In this document: piece by piece, positions 8,839-18,346 of the stretch
Numbering within the stretch: the stretch's first letter is position 1
Layout of the letters: every line of letters starts with the position of its first letter
From: Escherichia phage Envy
Sequence record: NC_031081.1
Reading direction: 5' to 3' (one strand)
Length of the DNA: 45,206 nt
Made by a program: the position numbers and the translations under genes
The notes under the pieces: generated by a model
What the model was told of the DNA's origin: nothing
The model's input: the letters and a program-made list of their open reading frames with translations, nothing else
Database searches by the model: none

Positions 8839-9350
8839 AATTACTGATTTGCGATTTGGATGGCGTTATTAACGGTTCAAGCGATGCGCGTGCCGACCTG
8901 GTTCCGGGCATAAAAACAAAATCCACCTTTTGGGCGAAGTGGCACAAAGCGCATATACGCGAAGATCTGAACATGGATATGCTGCCGCTGCTGACCATGT
9001 ACAAAGAGCAAGGCTTCGAGATCGCGTATCTGACCAACCGGCAGCGAGAATGCTGGGAGACTACCGTCGAGCAATTGGAAGTATTCCCCGTAGGCCGGTT
9101 GTTTATGCGCCACATGCTGGACGATACCCCGCCGCCAGAGTTTAAAGCGTGCGCCGTGTTCAAAATGGTCTGCTATGCGGACGTATCGGAACTGGTCATC
9201 ATTGAAGACTGCCCGAAGAACATCGCGGCCATTCGACGGGCGTGCAGCGATCTGGTCTCGAAAATTTATGCGATAAACGTTGCAAAATTTACTTGCAACC
9301 AACCTATTGGTTGCACTATAGTTAACTCGTCGGGGCGATATGGCCCCTAA
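8835..9350 (+). CDS. HAD-superfamily hydrolase-like protein
   Basis: N-terminal LICDLDGVI (HAD motif I DxDG); 3' end overlaps the next promoter. Confidence 0.55.
   Translation: MKLLICDLDGVINGSSDARADLVPGIKTKSTFWAKWHKAHIREDLNMDMLPLLTMYKEQGFEIAYLTNRQRECWETTVEQLEVFPVGRLFMRHMLDDTPPPEFKACAVFKMVCYADVSELVIIEDCPKNIAAIRRACSDLVSKIYAINVAKFTCNQPIGCTIVNSSGRYGP
9293..9322 (+). promoter_or_regulatory. sigma70-like promoter (TTGCAA-18-TATAGT) overlapping inverted repeat TGCAACCAA-ccta-TTGGTTGCA
   Basis: hexamers plus perfect 9-bp inverted repeat. Confidence 0.45.
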
Positions 9351-9363
9351 AAAGGACCACATA

Positions 9364-9918
9364 ATGAAAGCATACGAATACTGCAAAAACGCCGCCACCA
9401 CTATGGAACAGCGCGGAAAAGAAAACGGCTATGACAACGCGAAAGAAGAGCGTAGCGCTAAACAGATCGCTGACGTGTTTAACGCGCTTACCGGTCGCGA
9501 CCTGACCGAGCAAGAAGCCTGGACCTTCTTGATCTGCCTGAAGCTGGTACGCCAGCACCGTAAGCACCAGGACGATAACATCGTTGACCTGGTAGCATAT
9601 GCCGCACTGCTGGGCGAGTCGTACATGACCGTGCATGACGAGATCCAGATCGACACAACGGCAGCACAATTCGACAGCCTCAAAGACCTGTCCGTACGAC
9701 TAGATGGCGAGATTAATGCGTATAACAGTGCGATGCGCGTTGCCGAAGGTGTGGTGGCCTCGTTCGGGAAGACTGTCAAAGCCGCCAATTTCGGCGTAGC
9801 GGCCCAGGACGTCCAGCCTATGGTCGTGCTCACTGGAGAGGATGGGTCCAAAATCCTCATGACGCCGGAAGACTTCCGCAACATGGAAAAAACACTGGTA
9901 CGTAGCGCACTGAAATAA
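9364..9918 (+). CDS. hypothetical protein (184 aa)
   Basis: AAGGA RBS 8 nt before ATG 9364; WTFLICLKLVR...DNIVDLVAYAALLGE motif recalled from small phage helical domains, unverified. Confidence 0.55.
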   Translation: MKAYEYCKNAATTMEQRGKENGYDNAKEERSAKQIADVFNALTGRDLTEQEAWTFLICLKLVRQHRKHQDDNIVDLVAYAALLGESYMTVHDEIQIDTTAAQFDSLKDLSVRLDGEINAYNSAMRVAEGVVASFGKTVKAANFGVAAQDVQPMVVLTGEDGSKILMTPEDFRNMEKTLVRSALK

Positions 9919-9960
9919 TTCTAATCGCGGGCTTCGGCCCGCATCAATGAGGACCACACG

Positions 9961-10536
9961 ATGTACGGCGAATATGAAATATCCGGTAAACAATTCCACC
10001 TGGCGGCAATGATAGCAAGCATCGAGTTTGACCAATGGCGCTTAAAGTCCGACGCGTGCAAGCAAAGCCGACTGGTCGGTGTGCTGGGCGAAATGTTTGC
10101 GGGCATGTACCTTGAAGGGCAAGCAGGCGGGCGCAGTTGTATACCGCAAGGTTTGCTCATGCGTACCGGCTTGTTTAGTGCCAATACCATTGATCGCGGC
10201 GATATCATCATGGTCGGCAAGCGCAAGGTGAAGTCCGGTCCCGACTTCCGCGAGCATGTGATCGATGCCGTCTGGACCTACGAGGTTAAAGCCACCAGCG
10301 GCATTCGCCGCGGACTGGTTGAGGCACGTTGCGCTCGCGAGTATCTTGCCCGTCGAGTTGCTGGTGTTATCCTGGTGAGCGTAGATTTCGGACAACATAA
10401 CGCGCACGGCGTGATTGAAGATATCGCGGAACCATACGTCATTGTTAATGACTGGCCCTTAGTGGAAGTGGAGGGAAAGGAGTATTACGAAAGCCCGTTG
10501 GTGCGGCGCAAAATGGCCTGGGAAAACTCAAACTAG
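9961..10536 (+). CDS. hypothetical protein (191 aa), weak PD-(D/E)xK-like D...EVK signature
   Basis: AGGA RBS; IDAVWTYEVKAT segment. Confidence 0.55.
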   Translation: MYGEYEISGKQFHLAAMIASIEFDQWRLKSDACKQSRLVGVLGEMFAGMYLEGQAGGRSCIPQGLLMRTGLFSANTIDRGDIIMVGKRKVKSGPDFREHVIDAVWTYEVKATSGIRRGLVEARCAREYLARRVAGVILVSVDFGQHNAHGVIEDIAEPYVIVNDWPLVEVEGKEYYESPLVRRKMAWENSN

Positions 10537-10566
10537 AAAAAGGGGCCGCATGGCCCCTTCTATTTA
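10537..10566. terminator. bidirectional rho-independent terminator between convergent genes
   Basis: AAAAAGGGGCC-gcat-GGCCCCTTCTATTTATTT. Confidence 0.65.
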
Positions 10567-12981
10567 TTTCTTCAACGCCGCGATCTCGGCCTTCAAATCC
10601 TCCACCTGCTTATTGAGATATTGAACACACCCCATCAAGTCCATTACGATCGGGTTAACGTCGATGGATGGGCGGTCCGTCATCTTCTCCCCGATCTTGT
10701 TGCCGTCTTCGTCGAGAATATCCTCGATCGGGAACTCGTGGTGCTTAACGTACTGCGGCGCAATTAACTCCGCTTCTTCGGCGATAATACCGAAGCGCTG
10801 GCGGGCCTGCTCATCATCCTTATACACGAAGTTAACAAGGCGCTGGCTGTTAATGCGGTCCATAGCTTCGCTTGCGTCCGCATCGGCAATATCTTTCTTA
10901 TACTCGCGCCCTGATGTGCCTTGCAGCGCGATAGTCCCCGATGCGGTAGTCGGGAAGTTAAGCATAATTTCGCCGGTACGGTTCCCATCCTTACGTCGCA
11001 TAAACAGGCGAAAATGTCGAGTGCCGCTCTTGTCTAGTGCCGGTTCGAAGAACGTCCTACCGCCTACGACGTCGTTCGGCACGGTTTCGCCTACGGTGTA
11101 GTACGGTTCGAATGCAAATTGCAGGTAAGACCCGCGGCTTACTGCCAGGCTACCAACGACATCTGACCCTGAACTGTTCACCGTAAACTTGCCCGGCAAG
11201 GTCATCTCGCCTTTGGTGTTAAAGTCGATGCCTGAACTCTGCGCCGTCTCCAGGTTAGTGATCGCCAGGCGGGCGTAAGTCTCACCGTCGATATTCGCAC
11301 GGACGCGCAGCTTTGCTTCCGAGTGTAAAGAAGTGCCAACACGATATTCAGACACAATGCTTCCGCCGTCTGCCGTAGTGCCCGCTGGCGGTTTAGTGGC
11401 GTCGCCGTTGATTACCGACCACGACGTATTAGCGGCGGCGAATCCGCCTGACGCTCGAATAACCCACACGCCCATGAAGTTATTGGGGCGCAACTCCGAT
11501 ACGGTCCGGCCATAGATCGCGTTGACCTTCGAGGCGTCCATGTTAATGATGCCGTAGGAGACTGCGCCGTTACCAACAGGTAGGTTGCCTGGCGACCGAT
11601 ATTGCGAAGCCGCTCCACCAGCCCCGTGGAACGCGCCACTTTCATGGTTGATAATACTTGCGGCCCCGCCGCCGTGTAATTCGACGCGGCCTGTGATGTT
11701 AGGTGCTCCTGATTCGTAGATATACCCATCGTTGCCACTTTGCCCGCCGTCGCCCCTGCCGAACAAGCCGAATATGGACCCAGGCTGAACGCCATTACGG
11801 TCCGGCACTCGGAAGGTAGTTGTGCCGTCACCCGTAGAATACTTTCCGCGCTGATTTGGGTTTGCCAGCCAGGTCTCGTCACTAATTGGCGACAGCATTT
11901 GCGCATACGCCCAAAGCTCAGGCCAATCAGCTCGGTTTAACAATTGACCGTCGGACACCACTTCGTAAGGTTGAATATACGCGCGGCTGTCCCGTAAATG
12001 GAAATCACCTACGCCATAGTTCATGACGCCGTTCATTGTAGGGCCGACAGTGCCGGTGTTGATCAGATTCTGCACCCAGCGCTTTGTCGTGGCGTCGTAG
12101 TCACCAACAGGGTCGCCAGCCAGTGGTGTTGCCCCGTCCGGGCGAACGTTAAGCCAGGCTTGCGGTTTGTCGGTGAGTCCCGCCAGGTTGCCTGATTTTG
12201 TTAGCAAGTTATCCGCGTTAACGCTTTGCGCCCACTCCTCGGCCTGATCGCGGAATCCCTGCGCGGCTGTGCTGGCAGCTTGCGCGTCCGTCTTCGCGGT
12301 GTTGGCCTCGTCCCTCATAACGCCGGTGTCAGTCTTGATCTGGTTCGTCTGGTCTTTGATGGCCTGCGTATCAGTCTTAATCTGGTCCGTCTGCGTCTTG
12401 ATGGTATTGGTGGCGTCGTGGATAGCCTGCGTATCCGCCTTAATCTGGTCAGTCTGCGTCTTGATTGTATTGGTATCGTTTTTGAAGCCTTCGGCCTCAT
12501 CCCGAAATCCTTGCGCTGCGGATTTCGATGCTTCGGCTTGCGCTGCGAGGTCGCGCATCTCAACGGGGTCTACGTTCTTAAGCAATTCCGACAGGTATCC
12601 CCATGACATTCCCTGCATGACTTGCCCGTTAGGTAGCGTCACGGTGATTTCTTCAGCGTCGCCGAAGATTGCACGCCAGTTGTTTTCATCTGCGATCATC
12701 AATCGCAACGCTTTCTGTGCCTGTACGGTAACGCCCATCGTTGCCAGCGACATGGTATCGCGCTTAACACCATCCCAAGCAAGGCCGGTTGCCGTTGGGC
12801 CGTCGAACGGCAACACTAGCGTAAGCGCCGTGTTACTTTCGATTGATGCGATCGCCACTGTGTAAGGCACTTGTCCTACCACCAGCGTTAAGAAGTCGCC
12901 AGCTTTAAACGCGGTAAACGTTGTGCCGACTCCTACTACCGCCGTGCTATTGTTCGTTACGGATAGCGTACCCGCTGCCAT
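10564..12981 (-). CDS. tail fiber protein with C-terminal intramolecular chaperone (peptidase S74-like)
   Basis: about 805 aa from ATG at 12981 (GAGGA RBS); repeat-rich coiled coil, Gly-rich domain, C-terminal region typical of self-cleaving chaperone domains. Confidence 0.75.
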   Translation of the reverse strand: MAAGTLSVTNNSTAVVGVGTTFTAFKAGDFLTLVVGQVPYTVAIASIESNTALTLVLPFDGPTATGLAWDGVKRDTMSLATMGVTVQAQKALRLMIADENNWRAIFGDAEEITVTLPNGQVMQGMSWGYLSELLKNVDPVEMRDLAAQAEASKSAAQGFRDEAEGFKNDTNTIKTQTDQIKADTQAIHDATNTIKTQTDQIKTDTQAIKDQTNQIKTDTGVMRDEANTAKTDAQAASTAAQGFRDQAEEWAQSVNADNLLTKSGNLAGLTDKPQAWLNVRPDGATPLAGDPVGDYDATTKRWVQNLINTGTVGPTMNGVMNYGVGDFHLRDSRAYIQPYEVVSDGQLLNRADWPELWAYAQMLSPISDETWLANPNQRGKYSTGDGTTTFRVPDRNGVQPGSIFGLFGRGDGGQSGNDGYIYESGAPNITGRVELHGGGAASIINHESGAFHGAGGAASQYRSPGNLPVGNGAVSYGIINMDASKVNAIYGRTVSELRPNNFMGVWVIRASGGFAAANTSWSVINGDATKPPAGTTADGGSIVSEYRVGTSLHSEAKLRVRANIDGETYARLAITNLETAQSSGIDFNTKGEMTLPGKFTVNSSGSDVVGSLAVSRGSYLQFAFEPYYTVGETVPNDVVGGRTFFEPALDKSGTRHFRLFMRRKDGNRTGEIMLNFPTTASGTIALQGTSGREYKKDIADADASEAMDRINSQRLVNFVYKDDEQARQRFGIIAEEAELIAPQYVKHHEFPIEDILDEDGNKIGEKMTDRPSIDVNPIVMDLMGCVQYLNKQVEDLKAEIAALKK
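12290..12500. repeat. about 33-bp periodic direct repeats inside tail fiber gene (encode TQTDQIKTDTQAIKD-type heptad repeats)
   Basis: repeated GTCTTGATCTGGT/CGTCTGCGTCTTGAT units. Confidence 0.55.
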
Positions 12982-13002
12982 AGCTAAATCCTCATAAATT
13001 GG

Positions 13003-13030
13003 TTGCAATCCTGGTTGAGCGGTGTAATAC
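13003..13030 (+). promoter_or_regulatory. sigma70-like promoter (TTGCAA-16-TAATAC) for the lipoprotein gene, preceded by ATTGGTTGCA
   Basis: hexamers upstream of AGGAGA RBS and ATG 13062. Confidence 0.45.
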
Positions 13031-13061
13031 TAAAACTCACCCAAATATAGGAGATGATACC

Positions 13062-13280
13062 ATGAAAACCTTAATTATGATTTGTGCGGTTCTTTTGTCC
13101 GGTTGTGCCAACATGCCCGCTAAAGTCTGCGACGCCACATACCAGAATAGCGGCATGGATTATGCGGTACCTGTGTATGGTGTTGCGGACTTCTCCGGGC
13201 ATAAAATGCTAAGGGCGGGTTATCCGTTTAGCTTCCAGTACGTGTCTGTAGACCATTTCAAAAGCACAACCTGCAAATAA
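13062..13280 (+). CDS. small lipoprotein (72 aa), candidate superinfection-exclusion protein
   Basis: MKTLIMICAVLLSGC lipobox; AGGAGA RBS; own promoter and terminator; opposite strand between tail fiber and tail tip genes. Confidence 0.6.
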   Translation: MKTLIMICAVLLSGCANMPAKVCDATYQNSGMDYAVPVYGVADFSGHKMLRAGYPFSFQYVSVDHFKSTTCK

Positions 13281-13301
13281 GCCCCTTTCGGGGCTTTCTT
13301 C
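13281..13301 (+). terminator. rho-independent terminator
   Basis: GCCCC-tttc-GGGGC then TTTCTTC. Confidence 0.6.
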
Positions 13302-13974
13302 AATCATAATTGGCAGTGTTAATCGCCATAATCGCGTTGCCGTTGTTAGTATACCCCACCACATCCCCCGTGGCGTTCCCTGACGACGCTGCCGATATAC
13401 GCGTTCGCGACCCATCAAATCTGGCCCCCGTGTACGCCGTTACCGATATTACCTGCGGCTGGCCCTGCACAAAAAACCGGATCAGCGTAGACCCCAATAT
13501 TCCCGGTGCGACGGCGTAGCTGCCGTTTAGCGTCTGATCAATGTTAATCCCCCCGTTAGCGCCAGGCGACCCGACGGTAACTAAATCGCTCAGTACGCGA
13601 CTCTCATTAGTAAGCACTAGCTTCCCCGTCTTATCCCAAATAGCGAAGCCCCACCGCGGAAGGGTCTGTGGGAATATGGCAAAGATGTAAGCCGTCATCG
13701 TGAAGCCTTGCCCGAATGGATTGCTGGCGCTCACCTTCACCACATTACCAACGCGAGAAGACCCTACGACGGTCGGCTGGGCGGTGTGCGTAGTTTTCAC
13801 AAACGCTATTGCAGGGTAGTCACCGCCCAAATTAATATCGGCAGCCGCCGACTGCGCAGTGCCGTTAGCCGAAGACCCAACAACCACACGGCGGAATAGA
13901 CAAAACGGCGTCGATTCTGGCGTGATAAACGGGTTGCCGTTTGGTAAGTCAATCAACGCGCCGTAATTAGCCAT
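13300..13974 (-). CDS. hypothetical tail-associated protein (224 aa)
   Basis: track ORF; start overlaps stop of upstream gene. Confidence 0.5.
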   Translation of the reverse strand: MANYGALIDLPNGNPFITPESTPFCLFRRVVVGSSANGTAQSAAADINLGGDYPAIAFVKTTHTAQPTVVGSSRVGNVVKVSASNPFGQGFTMTAYIFAIFPQTLPRWGFAIWDKTGKLVLTNESRVLSDLVTVGSPGANGGINIDQTLNGSYAVAPGILGSTLIRFFVQGQPQVISVTAYTGARFDGSRTRISAASSGNATGDVVGYTNNGNAIMAINTANYD

Positions 13975-14276
13975 TATGCTCGCTCCACAAAAACAATAAC
14001 GTCACATTCAGATGCGGAGTAAACCCCGCCACCTACCGCACTTGCCGCGGAAACCGTGATAGTGTTCCCGCTGGCGGTTATTCTGCGGCCTGGCCCGACC
14101 GCGCCTTTATCCAGTGCGACCACGTATCCGACCTTCATCCCCGCCGGTACAGGGAATGACCATGCGCCTGATTTTTGTCCTTCCGCAAGATGAATCCTTC
14201 CGATCACGCTTACCGGTTTAATGCCGTAGTTGTTTGGGCGTCCTTGCGCGTCCCACGTTGCGATACCGAATGCCAT
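13974..14276 (-). CDS. hypothetical tail-associated protein (100 aa)
   Basis: track ORF directly downstream of J-like gene; GAGG RBS. Confidence 0.5.
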   Translation of the reverse strand: MAFGIATWDAQGRPNNYGIKPVSVIGRIHLAEGQKSGAWSFPVPAGMKVGYVVALDKGAVGPGRRITASGNTITVSAASAVGGGVYSASECDVIVFVERA

Positions 14277-14285
14277 AAATAACCT

Positions 14286-14312
14286 CGTTAAAAAGGGGCC
14301 GAAGCCCCTATA
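14286..14312 (-). terminator. terminator/attenuator hairpin after J-like gene
   Basis: AGGGGC-ttcg-GCCCCT followed by TTTTAA on minus strand. Confidence 0.45.
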
Positions 14313-17300
14313 CTACCAGCTACCAGTAAGCTCACCAATCTGCACGCGGAGAACGCCGTTTCCGTCCTTCACGCTGATTCTTGTGTTCGTCTGTTTCATC
14401 CCGCCGCCGCTACCGGTGCCCAGGTTGATAAACGTTCCATCTTTCCCTAAGCGCCAGCCGCGCGTGCTGCCGTCGTAGTTATTCGATTGCAGCGTGTCTG
14501 TTATCTGCGCGAAGTTGATGGACGCGTTCTTGATGCGTGCCGTGTCGATATACACCGCGCCACCGTCCACAATAAACGCAGACGACAGCGTCCCATTGGA
14601 CGGATGCATGATGTAGAACTGGTCCGCCTTGAACGCAATACGCGATTTAACCGCGTTGCCAGACGTCACAACGGAAAGCTGCATACCCGCATCATAATAA
14701 GTCCCGTTATATGTCACGCCAGCCTTAAGGCTATACGTGGCGCTACCACCAGAGTGGTTAAACGAAGACGTCATCTTCTGCTCGATCGCGGCGGACTGCT
14801 GACCGAACTGTGCCGCGACCTGGGTCTTATACTCCGCCAGAGCGCCCGCTACGTCCGCCGTTGCCGTTTGCACTGACTGGATGGCGGCTTCCTGTTCCGA
14901 AAACTTAGCGGCAACCGTTTGCTGGTACTGGGCGAACGCTTGTTCCTGCGTACTCTGCGCGGTCTGCAACGTGTGGATTGCCGCTTCCGCATCGTCAAGG
15001 CGAGTACCGATCAACGTTTCCAGTTGCGCTACCGCCTGGTGGGCATCGGCCGCCACGTTATACGCGACCGAGATTTCTGCATAAATCCCCTTGTACTCGG
15101 CGCGGGCGTTAAACAATTGCTGTGCGTCGGTGAGCATAGCCTCATAAATGCCTTGCGGCATGGTGTCGATCGCTTCCTGGAAGCGTTTACCGTCCTCAGA
15201 AGTCAAGAACTCGTCGTCCAGCCCCTTCATGTACTCGTCAACATTGTCACTCACCTGCCCTTCAAACGGGGCCGACCAGTCCGACAGGTTGCCGATTTTA
15301 TCCGCTACACGGGCGCGCAACTGCTGATAGATGCCGAACTCCAGCGACGTTTGCGCATACTCCGACCCCGGGTATGGGACGTTGGTTAGGAATTTCCATT
15401 CCGTTTCACCCGTCTTGCGAACTTCAAGCTCGGTGTACGAAATATCCGTCGCGGCGTTGTTGTGGTTCCACTTCCACAAAATTTGGTGAAGGCCCGAAAT
15501 CGCGTTGGTGATGATAGGCGCGTTAAGACCGCCGAGACGACCTTCCACCGGCGTGATAGCGGACGACACCCACGGAGATGAAATCTCGCCCATACCGATC
15601 GCGCGGACGCGTGCCTGGTAGTTACCGGAGAACACGTTAGGGATGTGCGCCCCATTCGACGCCGTGCGTGGGATATTCACCCAGTCGTTACCCCACTGGA
15701 TTTCCATATTCTGAAGGCTGGTACGCCTCCACTGGATTTCATACACCACGGCATCCTTCACCGGAGGGAATACAATATCCACGTTGGTGATTAGCTGCCC
15801 TTGCGATGAAATCTGCGACGGGGTGATGGTCACGGATTCCGGCCCCTTCATTACCCCGTCAGGCACTTGCGTAAAGATACCCGGATCAAGGCGCGCGCCA
15901 TTATCAACGGCATCATACTTGCTATCGTTGTACTCAATCCCGCGCACCGAGAAAGTGCTCGTAGAGTCGTCATACTCCAGGTCGGTGATGCGGAATTTCT
16001 GCAACTGGATATCGTCGCCATCAACGCAAAACGGCTGGTCAGGAATAGGGTTGGCGTCCAGTGCGGTTTTTAGCGTTACCTTGTTGCCGTTGACGCTGGC
16101 GATCTCGCGAGTCTCCACATTACCGCTATCGGTGCGTACCAGGAACTTATCGCCAGGGCGGAATGTGATTTCGCTGTCCGTGTTCAGCACGGTACGAGTT
16201 CCGGGGTCCGACAACAGTCGACCGCCGCGCGTCTCAAAACCGCCAGAAATGTTTGTATCCGCGATCGCGACTACGCTACCGGGAATAAAGAATAACCCTT
16301 CCATGCCAACTTTAAAGCTAACTTGCTGGTCAAGCTGGTTGGAAATTAGCGCCCAGTGCCCGCGACGCTGCGCTTCAGATTCACGCGTACAGCCGATCGC
16401 CGTAATATCGAGACGGTTAATCTTATGGCGGCGTACCAGTTCGACACGTTGCCCCGTTGCGATAGCATCTTCATAGTGGTTCTTCGGGTTGCCGTATGCT
16501 ACTGCGAACGTGGAGTACCGAGTTTTCTGGCTACCGGACGCGTAGTCGAAGCGCCCATCAATAACCGAGGCGTTGGTGATAGTGTGCGACACTGCTGCGA
16601 CCGGTTGGTCACTGACGATATTCAACATCTGGTTGCCCCACCAGGTCATTCCGGCGAAGATGGCGGCTAAATCCTTAAGCACGGTCCAGGCATCCGTCTG
16701 TGACTGAATGTACATATCATTCTTAAAGCGGATTTCTCGACCACCGTTGCCGTCGCTGACCAACTGATCGCAGCGCTGCGCAATCTGGTAGAGCGCGTAT
16801 CGGTTTAGCATTTGCGGTTTGATACGCCGACCGAGGCCGAAGCGCTCAGTAATACAAATATCGTACCAGTGCCACGCAGGGTTATCCGTCCATGCGCGTT
16901 TAAACGTGCCGTCCCAGTCCCCGGAATAGGTATGATTAATCGGGTCGTAGTTGTTCGGTATTAGAACTTTGCGGCCTTTGCACTTGATGGACACGCGCGG
17001 GATGTTCTGGAACGCTTTGGCGTCGAACTCCACAAACAACAGCGCGGTTAGCGGGTAACGCAGGCGGGCGTCAATAATCTCAGTGATGGACTGCACCCGG
17101 ATATCATTAACCACTTTCGCCGATGTGGAGTCTGCCGTTATGCGGTGCACCTCCACGCGCCAGCCGGTATTCACGTTCGGCGGTAATTCGATGCGGTGGT
17201 CGCGCTCATACAGCGACATTGTTTTACCAACGGCAGCGAAGGTAAACTCACGCGGATCAGCGTTGTCCGTATACACAACGATCTTATAGTCAATGCGTCC

Positions 17301-17732
17301 GCCAACCAGGTCGCCATTATCTTCGTTAGTGTACAGGGCCGGAATTCCGATGCGAATGCGAACGGCGTCCAGACTGGTATCGTTAATCTGGCGTACCCAC
17401 GGCGTACCGTTTTCCAGTTTTACGCCGACAGATTGCTCACTTTCCACCGCTGAAAATCCGTGGATCACATCCTGGTGCTGTGTGCCGGGGCGGAACTCCA
17501 CACGCGCGCCAGGGAAGTTTTCGGACAAGTCAGCGTTCTGGATCGGCGTTCCATCAAGGTAAACACGCTGCCGCAATTCGCTGGCGCTGGTAATACTTTC
17601 GAATTCCCCTTCCCCCAGCGCAAGCAAGATGCGGATTTTAGCCAGCGAATGCAGGCTATCTGGCGTCTCCTGTGGGGTGTGCTGTTTGCCGCCGCCGCCT
17701 TTATGCCCTGTGACGTCGTAGATAATCGTCAT
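14313..17732 (-). CDS. host specificity / central tail fiber protein (lambda gpJ-like)
   Basis: 1139 aa; N-terminus MTIIYDVTGHKGGGGK...; follows I-like gene. Confidence 0.85.
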   Translation of the reverse strand: MTIIYDVTGHKGGGGKQHTPQETPDSLHSLAKIRILLALGEGEFESITSASELRQRVYLDGTPIQNADLSENFPGARVEFRPGTQHQDVIHGFSAVESEQSVGVKLENGTPWVRQINDTSLDAVRIRIGIPALYTNEDNGDLVGGRIDYKIVVYTDNADPREFTFAAVGKTMSLYERDHRIELPPNVNTGWRVEVHRITADSTSAKVVNDIRVQSITEIIDARLRYPLTALLFVEFDAKAFQNIPRVSIKCKGRKVLIPNNYDPINHTYSGDWDGTFKRAWTDNPAWHWYDICITERFGLGRRIKPQMLNRYALYQIAQRCDQLVSDGNGGREIRFKNDMYIQSQTDAWTVLKDLAAIFAGMTWWGNQMLNIVSDQPVAAVSHTITNASVIDGRFDYASGSQKTRYSTFAVAYGNPKNHYEDAIATGQRVELVRRHKINRLDITAIGCTRESEAQRRGHWALISNQLDQQVSFKVGMEGLFFIPGSVVAIADTNISGGFETRGGRLLSDPGTRTVLNTDSEITFRPGDKFLVRTDSGNVETREIASVNGNKVTLKTALDANPIPDQPFCVDGDDIQLQKFRITDLEYDDSTSTFSVRGIEYNDSKYDAVDNGARLDPGIFTQVPDGVMKGPESVTITPSQISSQGQLITNVDIVFPPVKDAVVYEIQWRRTSLQNMEIQWGNDWVNIPRTASNGAHIPNVFSGNYQARVRAIGMGEISSPWVSSAITPVEGRLGGLNAPIITNAISGLHQILWKWNHNNAATDISYTELEVRKTGETEWKFLTNVPYPGSEYAQTSLEFGIYQQLRARVADKIGNLSDWSAPFEGQVSDNVDEYMKGLDDEFLTSEDGKRFQEAIDTMPQGIYEAMLTDAQQLFNARAEYKGIYAEISVAYNVAADAHQAVAQLETLIGTRLDDAEAAIHTLQTAQSTQEQAFAQYQQTVAAKFSEQEAAIQSVQTATADVAGALAEYKTQVAAQFGQQSAAIEQKMTSSFNHSGGSATYSLKAGVTYNGTYYDAGMQLSVVTSGNAVKSRIAFKADQFYIMHPSNGTLSSAFIVDGGAVYIDTARIKNASINFAQITDTLQSNNYDGSTRGWRLGKDGTFINLGTGSGGGMKQTNTRISVKDGNGVLRVQIGELTGSW

Positions 17733-18346
17733 TCGTTCAAGTCCTCGGTTACGATTCCGGCTGAAATAATAGCGCCGCCGATCTCACGCTCGCCCCATAA
17801 TACACCAAGAGCCGTGCCTTGCGCGGTAGTGTTTACTGGGCCGCCGAACGCATACGACGCTTTGTTATCCACGTCCTGCCTTGTCTGCAATCCTTTCGGT
17901 TGTGGCGACAGCAATTGCATAACGCCACCCAGCGCCATCGACATCCCGAACGAAAACGTCGCCGTCCCGATAGCGGCAGCGGTTGCAGCCGAAGCCCCGA
18001 AAGCGGCAGTAGCAAGTCCGCCCGTATAGAACGACGCCACTACGATCGCGACACCCGCCAGCAATTGTCCCAACCCTCTTTTTGCGCCAGTCATAACCGG
18101 CGCGATGGTGACGACGCGGTTGCCGTGGAACTCACCCAGCTCATCATAGCCGGTCATCGTGTGGTCGCCTTTGCGCACCTTGAACATCATATTGTCCAGG
18201 TGGGCTGACATTAGAAAGTCCTGTAAGCCGGGTAACTTCACGCACAGGCCGGTAATACCCTCGCCCGGAGTGAAGCAGTCCAGCTTATGAACTTTACCGA
18301 ATCGACGTCCCAAAACGCCGTACAATTTAAACGTTGTCATTGCCAT
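17729..18346 (-). CDS. tail assembly protein (lambda gpI-like)
   Basis: 205 aa, Gly/Ala-rich hydrophobic C-terminal half; position between K-like and J-like. Confidence 0.65.
   Translation of the reverse strand: MAMTTFKLYGVLGRRFGKVHKLDCFTPGEGITGLCVKLPGLQDFLMSAHLDNMMFKVRKGDHTMTGYDELGEFHGNRVVTIAPVMTGAKRGLGQLLAGVAIVVASFYTGGLATAAFGASAATAAAIGTATFSFGMSMALGGVMQLLSPQPKGLQTRQDVDNKASYAFGGPVNTTAQGTALGVLWGEREIGGAIISAGIVTEDLNE

Noticed and set aside
9905-9930. Stem-loop GCGGGC-ttcg-GCCCGC after CDS 9364..9918
   Set aside because: No following T-run, so not called a terminator; may be an RNA-stabilising hairpin.
10664-12865. Several plus-strand ORFs inside the tail fiber gene (for example 10664..11101, 12226..12606, 12269..12865)
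   Set aside because: Antisense to a long, well-supported structural gene; low-complexity translations of the repeat region.
14487-18208. Plus-strand ORFs inside J-, I- and K-like tail genes (for example 15784..16476, 17460..18029)
   Set aside because: Antisense to long genes with clear tail-protein signatures; no RBS or regulatory context.
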